A stretch of DNA of 33,871 nt, from positions 1 through 33,871 of the forward strand of contig JBLING010000002.1 of the NCBI GenBank assembly GCA_047639155.1, written 5' to 3'. Source of the DNA: a bacterium. GTDB taxonomy: Bacteria; Bacteroidota; Bacteroidia; NS11-12g; UBA9320. Of the stretch, positions 9,799 through 16,600 are shown piece by piece. Position 1 is the stretch's first letter. The number at the start of each line of letters is the position of its first letter. Below the pieces are notes generated by a model that made no database searches, was not told where the DNA came from, and worked only from the letters and a program-made list of their open reading frames with translations. The position numbers were made by a program, and so were the translations under genes.

Positions 9799-11364
9799 TT
9801 ATTGCGCTGGGGTGCGTTTCTCGATACCTTTATCAAACAAAAATAATTGCCAATTCTTAAGTGTTTCTCCTTTCATTACCCGAGGAAATTTGTGCTGAGA
9901 TCCTTCTTTACCATTTAAACGCATCCATTCCAAGAACCATTCAATAGGGATAAGATTTACTTGTACATCTTTCAAGGCATGGTCGCGCTCAACAGCATAA
10001 TCGTCGTTTAAATCCCGAAGGAAATTGTCCAGTTCTTCGCTGTAGTCTAAACTTATGATTTCGTGATTATGACAACCAATATACCATTGGTGCCCAAAAA
10101 TGTTCTGTTCTTTGGTGCCGAAAACCATAAACTCTTCCAAGTTCTCCTCGATCGATTTGGCAAGTATGTCAACAGCTTGTGTCATGTTATCGACGCTCAA
10201 GTGTTCCCCGACCAAACTCAAGAAATGTTTGGTTCTACCAGTTATAATTATTTCACGTTTTTTAATATTCGTAAACCGAATGGTGTCACCAATCAAATAA
10301 CGCCACGCACCTGAACAGGTAGATAGAAGTAGCGCATAATCGATTCCTTCTTTAGCCTCCCACATCGGCATAACTTCAACGTTTGGTTTGAGTTTATAGT
10401 TTTCGTCGAAATTGTCTTCATTGAATGGAACAAACTCATAAAAAATACCGTTCCGCATCAACATACGCATACCTACATCTTCGGCCTGTCTGTTTTGAAA
10501 AGCAATAAACCCTTCAGATGCCAAGTATGTTTCAAAATATTTAATGGGTTTGCCAAGTAGCGCGTTTATGCCTGACTTGTAAGGCTTTATAGCAACGCCA
10601 CCATGTATATACACCTCTAAGTTTGGCCAAATTTCATGGATGTCGGACAATTGATAGCGATCAATGATATTCTGAAACAAAAGCTGAATCCATGCAGGTA
10701 CACCAGCCACCATGCTTACGTCCCAGTTGGGTGCTTCTGAAGTTATTCGTTCTATCTTCTCAGCCCAATTGTCACTAGCTTTGATCTCTGGATCTGGTTT
10801 CGATACGCGTTGTAAAATGGGCGGAATTTTTGAAGTCGTGATGCCGCTTAAATCACCTGCATAATATATACCGTTGTAGTTTAACGAAGTACTACCACCA
10901 ATCATCAACCAATGTTTCGTCATATGATCTTTTGGCATATCAGTTCTTGCAATTGCCAATACTTGGCGCATACTCGCTCGGCGAATAGCCCTTACCATAT
11001 CTGAAGAAACGGGAATGTATTTTGAAGCGCCATCAGAGGTTCCTGAACTTAACGCGAAATGCTCAATTTTCCCTGGCCAACAAACATCCGGCTCTCCCGT
11101 CCGAGTGCGTTCCCACCAAGGCAGCATATGTAAATAGTCGCCCGAGGGTACAGTGTCCTTGAAATTTTGATAGATGGATCCGGAATCTAGAATGGCATCA
11201 AAATTATATTGCCTACCAAATTGGGTATTTTTTGCTTTCGACAAAAGTCGTTTTAGCGTTCGCAGTTGGTATTCTTTTGCCCGACTGACTGAGATGTTAA
11301 AATTACGGGTCACCCCTTTCGACCTTTCTATAAGTCGCTTATACCTCTTTTCCTTTTCAGACAC
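9799..11364 (-). CDS. GH3-family (auxin-responsive-promoter family) acyl-adenylate-forming enzyme homolog
   Basis: The protein is 521 aa. LSSGTSDGASKYIPVS resembles the GH3/JAR1 nucleotide-binding motif, and the overall size and layout fit bacterial GH3 proteins. It starts with GTG, and its stop abuts the dusB stop with a 0-nt gap. Confidence 0.8.
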   Translation of the reverse strand: MSEKEKRYKRLIERSKGVTRNFNISVSRAKEYQLRTLKRLLSKAKNTQFGRQYNFDAILDSGSIYQNFKDTVPSGDYLHMLPWWERTRTGEPDVCWPGKIEHFALSSGTSDGASKYIPVSSDMVRAIRRASMRQVLAIARTDMPKDHMTKHWLMIGGSTSLNYNGIYYAGDLSGITTSKIPPILQRVSKPDPEIKASDNWAEKIERITSEAPNWDVSMVAGVPAWIQLLFQNIIDRYQLSDIHEIWPNLEVYIHGGVAIKPYKSGINALLGKPIKYFETYLASEGFIAFQNRQAEDVGMRMLMRNGIFYEFVPFNEDNFDENYKLKPNVEVMPMWEAKEGIDYALLLSTCSGAWRYLIGDTIRFTNIKKREIIITGRTKHFLSLVGEHLSVDNMTQAVDILAKSIEENLEEFMVFGTKEQNIFGHQWYIGCHNHEIISLDYSEELDNFLRDLNDDYAVERDHALKDVQVNLIPIEWFLEWMRLNGKEGSQHKFPRVMKGETLKNWQLFLFDKGIEKRTPAQ

Positions 11365-11388
11365 CGCTGCAAGATAATGCTTAATTCA

Positions 11389-11409
11389 GATTTTGACTTT
11401 GTCAAAATC
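11389..11409. promoter_or_regulatory. Perfect 9-bp-arm palindrome GATTTTGAC-TTT-GTCAAAATC, a candidate operator
   Basis: This is read directly from the sequence. It lies 25-45 bp upstream of the GH3 GTG start and next to a -7-like box, TATCTTGC (11369-11376, minus strand). Confidence 0.4.
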
Positions 11410-11483
11410 TTCAATAATTTCATTACATGAAGCTGAAGCACTATAGCCATACTTTATATATCGGGCTAAGACTTTCTTCGATT

Positions 11484-11540
11484 AGGGCTTCCGCCCTATA
11501 ACCCGATTTCATTTTTGTGGGTCAAAAACGAAACAAAAAG
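11484..11540 (+). repeat. Left arm of an imperfect inverted repeat (hairpin module A)
   Basis: AGGGCTTCCGCCCTATAACCCGATTTCATTTTTGTGGGTCAAAAACGAAACAAAAAG contains the hairpin TAGGGC-TTCC-GCCCTA. It aligns by eye at about 70% identity with the reverse complement of 11841-11906. Confidence 0.6.
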
Positions 11541-11840
11541 CCTTCGACAGAAATATGCTTCCATCACGCTCTTTCGGGTGCCAACAAAATCTAATAAAAG
11601 ATTGCATGCACTTTTATTGATTTTCTAAGTCATCCTCAATTCACCCCTACGCCGGCCCGCATTTCTGTCTAGCCACCTCTCATTAATATGTGCATGATAT
11701 CATACGACCTTTGAAGTTTTCTGTAGAATTTGAGAAAGACTTTTGTGTGCTGGCCTTGCGCTAAGCAGGCAGGAAAGCGCAGCGGCTTTGAATACGGGGA
11801 GAAAAAGCCTTTCGTAGAATTCAAAGAAAAATTCAGAAGT

Positions 11841-11906
11841 CTTGATTTTTTTGTTTTTTTATCAAGAAAAAAATGAAAACCAGGTTATAGGGTTGGTAAA
11901 CCCTAT
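11841..11906 (-). repeat. Right arm of the imperfect inverted repeat (hairpin module B)
   Basis: The reverse complement reads ATAGGGTTTACCAACCCTATAACCTGGTTTTCATTTTTTTCTTGATAAAAAAACAAAAAAATCAAG. It has an 8-bp hairpin, ATAGGGTT-TACC-AACCCTAT (11887-11906). It shares the core CCCTATAACC-N-G-N-TTT(T)CATTTTT with module A. It looks like a terminator for trhO, but the U-tract is displaced 7 nt from the stem. Confidence 0.6.
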
Positions 11907-11969
11907 TGAACGAATACGGTAGTCAAACTTTAAGACGAACAACCTTTGTAAAATTTTAGATTAATAGAA

Positions 11970-13001
11970 TTAATCCTGTTTGGATACATTCTTCTTAAAC
12001 CGCCCTTTGCTAAAAATACGAACACCTTTGTCTTTGCCTTTGCGAAGCGCACGTTGTTCTTCCTCTGGTAATGCTGCAATCGTCTGGCACTCTTCAGAGC
12101 AACAATCTGAGTACTGCTCAGCACAAGCAGGACATTGAATAAACAACAAGTTACATGCTTTGTTTTTGCAATTGATATGGTCGTCGAATGAGACCCCACA
12201 TTGGTGACAATTCGCAATAACATCGTCCGTAATGCGTTCATGCAAACGTTCATCGAATACGAAGTTTTTACCAATAAACTTATTTGGCAAACCTTGTTCT
12301 TTGGCATCACTGCTGTACTTTATTATACCACCTTCAAGGTGATACACATCTTTAAATCCATTGTATTTTAAGTAAGCACTTGCTTTTTCACAGCGAATTC
12401 CTCCAGTACAATACATAACAACAGGTTGGTCTTTTTTGTCTTTTAATTTGTCTACTACTAAAGGAAGTTGCTCCCTGAAGGTATCTACATCTGGACACCA
12501 AGCGCCATCAAAATGCCCGACTTCACTTTCATAGTGATTTCTCATATCGACGATAATGGTGTCGGGATTTTCCGTCAGGGTATTAAACACTTTGACATCT
12601 AAATAATCTGCTGGCGTTGCAATGTCAAAAATGTCGTCTTCCAATCCATCCGAAACAATTTTGTCTTTCACTTTTATAGCCAGTTTAAAAAAGGACTTTC
12701 CGTTGTCTTCAACGGCATAGTTCAACCGAATATTTTCTAAAAATGTTATATCGTTTAAATGAGACTTTAGATGCTCTAGTTGATTTGTAGGGATACTAAA
12801 CTGAGCGTTTATTCCTTCAGTTGCGACATATATTCTTCCCAATACCCCAATACTGTTGAAATGGAGGTAGATGTGATCTCTAAAAACTTGGGGATTGCCA
12901 ATTTTGGCGTATTTGTAAAACGAAATTGTAGTGCGTGCTTCGGCACTGCTTTGAATTTTTTCCTTTAACTCTTCCCCATTAATAGTATTATGCAATTTCA
13001 T
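11970..13001 (-). CDS. trhO: Rhodanese-domain tRNA uridine(34) hydroxylase (UPF0176/YceA family)
   Basis: The N-terminal UPF0176-type domain is followed by the rhodanese active-site loop VMYCTGGIRCEKASAYL and a Cys-rich C-terminal extension (CHQCG...CKNKAC...CPACAEQYSDCCSEEC). Confidence 0.85.
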   Translation of the reverse strand: MKLHNTINGEELKEKIQSSAEARTTISFYKYAKIGNPQVFRDHIYLHFNSIGVLGRIYVATEGINAQFSIPTNQLEHLKSHLNDITFLENIRLNYAVEDNGKSFFKLAIKVKDKIVSDGLEDDIFDIATPADYLDVKVFNTLTENPDTIIVDMRNHYESEVGHFDGAWCPDVDTFREQLPLVVDKLKDKKDQPVVMYCTGGIRCEKASAYLKYNGFKDVYHLEGGIIKYSSDAKEQGLPNKFIGKNFVFDERLHERITDDVIANCHQCGVSFDDHINCKNKACNLLFIQCPACAEQYSDCCSEECQTIAALPEEEQRALRKGKDKGVRIFSKGRFKKNVSKQD

Positions 13002-13025
13002 GTTACACCCTTTTTAATGGAATGA

Positions 13026-13033
13026 CAAAGGTA
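13026..13033 (-). promoter_or_regulatory. Bacteroidota -7 promoter box (TACCTTTG) for trhO
   Basis: The reverse complement of caaaggta matches TAnnTTTG, 24 nt upstream of the ATG at 13001. Confidence 0.5.
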
Positions 13034-13105
13034 TGATAGCATACAATTCTTGCCAAATCATTTTTGTAAGTGTAACTTGTGGCACGTTTAAATAGTTATA
13101 TAAAT

Positions 13106-13570
13106 ATGGGAGTTTCAAGTTTTTTAAAAAATCTATTTGGCAAAGCCAAAGAAACAGTTGATGAAGTAAGTCAAAAAGCTGAGGTTGTAGCGGATACAGC
13201 TATTGTTAAAGGCAAGGAGTTTAGTGAAAAGGCCAAGATAAAAGCAGATGAAATGGCAAAAGATGCAGCCGAAGCAACGGCTAAGGTTCGCGCTGAGATG
13301 TCGGAAGTAGCCGATAAGATAAGCGTTAAAGCGAAAGAAGTCATGGCAGAGGTGAAAGAAGAAGCTGGTGAGTTATTAGAAGACGCCAAAGAAGTTGGAA
13401 ATAAGATAAAACATAAGGTTGAGGATGTTGCTCATGACGTCAAAGAAAAGGTTAACGATTTCGTCGATCGTGATGATGAGGAAGCCGACAGTGCAGAATC
13501 AAATCCTGCTACAGACGAAACCCCGATGAGCGAAGATGCCGAAACGGAGTCATCTTCTGAGGAAGAATAG
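13106..13570 (+). CDS. Hypothetical helical protein built from 11-residue repeats (LEA/apolipoprotein-like) with an acidic tail
   Basis: ATG 13106 is preferred over GTG 13079. About ten consecutive 11-mers run from KAKETVDEVSQ, KAEVVADTAIV and KGKEFSEKAKI through VKEKVNDFVDR, with hydrophobic or small residues at repeat positions 1, 5 and 9. The Asp/Glu/Ser-rich C-terminus ends SSSEEE. Confidence 0.65.
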   Translation: MGVSSFLKNLFGKAKETVDEVSQKAEVVADTAIVKGKEFSEKAKIKADEMAKDAAEATAKVRAEMSEVADKISVKAKEVMAEVKEEAGELLEDAKEVGNKIKHKVEDVAHDVKEKVNDFVDRDDEEADSAESNPATDETPMSEDAETESSSEEE

Positions 13571-13613
13571 TGATACACTGCTTTTGTCCTAAAAGTTAGA
13601 CAAATGCAGCGGT

Positions 13614-16600
13614 TTGAAAGGTTGGTGTATCTTAGTAGAAGATATTACACCCTATATTTTGTCTAATTCTATAGTAATCCGAACTTATCTGTCAACCATC
13701 TTAATTGCGGGTATGACATTGTTAAGTTTGACCACTCAAGCGCAATGCTCTTCTATTGCTGTTGAGGTAGACACAAATGAATCATGTGCACCTGGAATTT
13801 TCGAATTTGTTGCAAAAAACGCTCCATCAGGGTCATTCTTTGCTTGGGATTTTGGAAAGGGATCTATTCCAGGCAACGATACTTTCAAATTAATTGAACC
13901 AAATGCACGTTCGATATCTCTTACACTTTATATTGCACTTGCAACTGGTAAGCAATGTACAACCGTTGTTAAAAAGATTGCAGAAGTGTATAAAAGACCA
14001 ACACCTTCTGCATCCATCAATAAAAAAATATTTTGTTCTACTTCGGAAGAATTTGAATTCACTGACTTAACAAGTAACTCCGTGTTTCGAATTTGGACAA
14101 TCGAAGGCATAAATTACGGAGACACTGCAAATATCAAAAAGGGAAATTTCTCAAGCGATGGCAAAAAGAATATTTCTTTGATGGTTGAGGACAGCCATGG
14201 CTGTCGTGGATTTAAGAGCTATCGTGATATCACAGAAGTAGTCTCAGCAAAGGATGTTAAGATAAAGGGAGTAAACAATAGGGGTTGTGTGAATAGTGAC
14301 CTCAGTTTTTCGGTCGAATCTGGGTTTTCGCCAACACAAATTAAATCGATTTCATGGAGTTTTAGTGGCGGACTCCCTGTGAAGAGTACAGAAGTTTCTC
14401 CAAGAAATATTCGTTATGCCAAAGGGGGTAATTATGACGTATCGGTGGAGCTAACTACAAAAAATGGTTGCACATATTCGGATTTGAAAAAAGGGATTGC
14501 ACAACCAAAGGATTCACTAATCCTTAACGTTGCTATCAGTGATTCATCTATTTGTACTACAAAGGGTGTAGACGTTCGGGTTTTAAACAAATCGACAAGC
14601 AGTCAGTTGTTTTTTAATGTGCCAAACTTTGACACCTCCTTGATAGATTCACTTTCTACGAGTCAACGGAAGTTTACATTTACAGAGTCAGGTGTTTTTG
14701 ACTTATTTCTCACTCACGTCGATAGTTTCTGTACCTCACATTATTTGAAAAAGGCATTTGTATCTGCTAAAAAAGTTCAGGCTAGGATGAATGCAAGTAA
14801 TCATTACGGTTGTAAACTCCCGTTTTTAGCAAAATTTAGTGATACAAGTTTTTTCTCTGAACCGGGAAATGTTGTTTACCGTTGGATGGTTTACGATAGC
14901 TTAGGCAATTTGCTTAAAACCTCAAACAAAAAGAGTTTTGAATATCTGGTCAAAGACTCTGGATATTACGACGTTGATTTAACCGTGAGACATGAAAACG
15001 GATGTGCTGACTCCTTTTACCGGTCTGAATTGATACGTGCTGATTCAATTCGAATTGATTATACACCAATTTCAGAGGTGGTATGTCTTAACCAAGAGGT
15101 AATTATTCAAAACAGTTCACTACCGAGTAGTTACAATGTTTCGGACGTCTTTGAATGGCGGTTGTATCGCAGCAGTGACGCAACAACAGCCATAGATAGT
15201 TCTTTCATTTCGCGACCAACGTTTAAAGCAAAATTTAAGGGAAGTTATGACCTAAAAGTTGTTGCTTATAATGCACTTGGTTGTAGACAAACTGATTCAA
15301 GAAAATTCGTGTTTGAGGTTGGTGAACCTAAGGCTGGTTTAAGAGTTGAAAATCCCAATCAATGTCCGTCTGATACGTTTTCGCTTATTTCAAGTAACGA
15401 TCCTAGAAACGGATCTTATATCAATCGTTGGATTATATATAATGAGAAAGATACTTTACGGAGCACTGGGGAAAACCCAATTGTTGAAATAGACTCACCG
15501 GGCATCTATAACGTAACATATCACATTTCAATTTTTGGGTTATGCCGTGATACAGTGACAAAAAAAGATCTCATTTCAATCAATGGTATTCAGTCGGTGA
15601 TAAACATCTCAACAAACAGAACTTGTTCTAAAATTCCAGTTTCCCCAAAAGCCAACGTAAGAAACTATATCAACCCTTCAACCGACACAGTTTTTAAATA
15701 TCAATGGGACGTCTTTCCAAACTCAGGTTATTCAATCGATAATGATACAATCAAAGAGCCTACCATATACTTTCAACAGGATGGTAAATATATAATTAGA
15801 CTAATAAGCCAGAATGAGTTTGGATGCTTAGACACAGCTTACTCCGACACCATTGTATCTGGATTAAATATGAAGCAAGTATTTCTTGACACTGCAGTTT
15901 GTGCAAACGCACCTATTCGATTTACGAATAGCTCAGACACATTCATAAACAAGTGGTACTACACTTTGAGTCCTGATGAATCATTTACGATAAAAAACAA
16001 CAATAAGGATACGAGTATAATTTGGATAACAAAAGAAGGAGTTTACACATTTCATATTGTTGCAAGTAGAGATTCCTTATGCTTTGACACTGCGTCAACA
16101 ACCTTACACATAGTCTCACCAAAAGCAGAGTTCTTTCCAATTGACTCTAATTTGTATTGTGCGCCAGTTTACCAACGATTTGAGTCGAAATCTACCTTTG
16201 CTGACACCTTGTTTTGGGATTTTGGTGACGGGAAACAACTCAAGACGACGCTATCGAAAGTGACAACACTTTACGAGCAGAACACAGGAAGTATTAATCC
16301 GTATTCCGTTCGATTGATTGCAAAGAATAAAAGTGGATGTGCAGATACCTTGGTGAAGCAAAACTTGGTGAAAGTAGATGGGCCATCAGCAAAACTTACC
16401 TTAAGTCAAATAAGGGGGTGCGAGCCATTAGCTGTGACTTTTAATGGGCCAGTGGAAAACGTTCACAAGATGTATATCGATTATGGAGATGGCGGCGAAT
16501 TTGGGTTTAGCCTTGACGAACCTCATTATTACAAAAACAACTGGAGAATTATTGAACAGCAGTATCGCCCAGTAATACTTGTGATCGACAAAAATGGATG

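Noticed and set aside
11427-11501. A 24-codon ORF (MKLKHYSHTLYIGLRLSSIRASAL) ends inside hairpin module A.
   Set aside because: No TAnnTTTG box lies upstream, no conservation can be assessed, and the ORF is too short to tell apart from chance. I note it only as a possibility inside the spacer finding.
11536-11810. I tested the spacer core against tmRNA, RNase P RNA and SRP RNA, because of TTCGACAGAAAT (tmRNA-5'-like), GGCAGGAAAGCGCAGCGGC (RNase P/SRP-like) and GTAGGGGTGAA on the minus strand.
   Set aside because: The defining elements are all missing: a GGGG...CCACCA acceptor end and an alanine-ending tag reading frame for tmRNA, the GGAAAGUCCGGGCU P4 core for RNase P, and the symmetric-loop GGAA-tetraloop helix for SRP. 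The similarities are 6-10 nt chance matches.
11930-12310. A 126-aa minus-strand ORF overlaps trhO in another frame.
   Set aside because: It is almost entirely (all but ~40 nt) embedded in the well-supported trhO coding sequence. Its composition is odd and it has no motifs. It is a typical shadow ORF.
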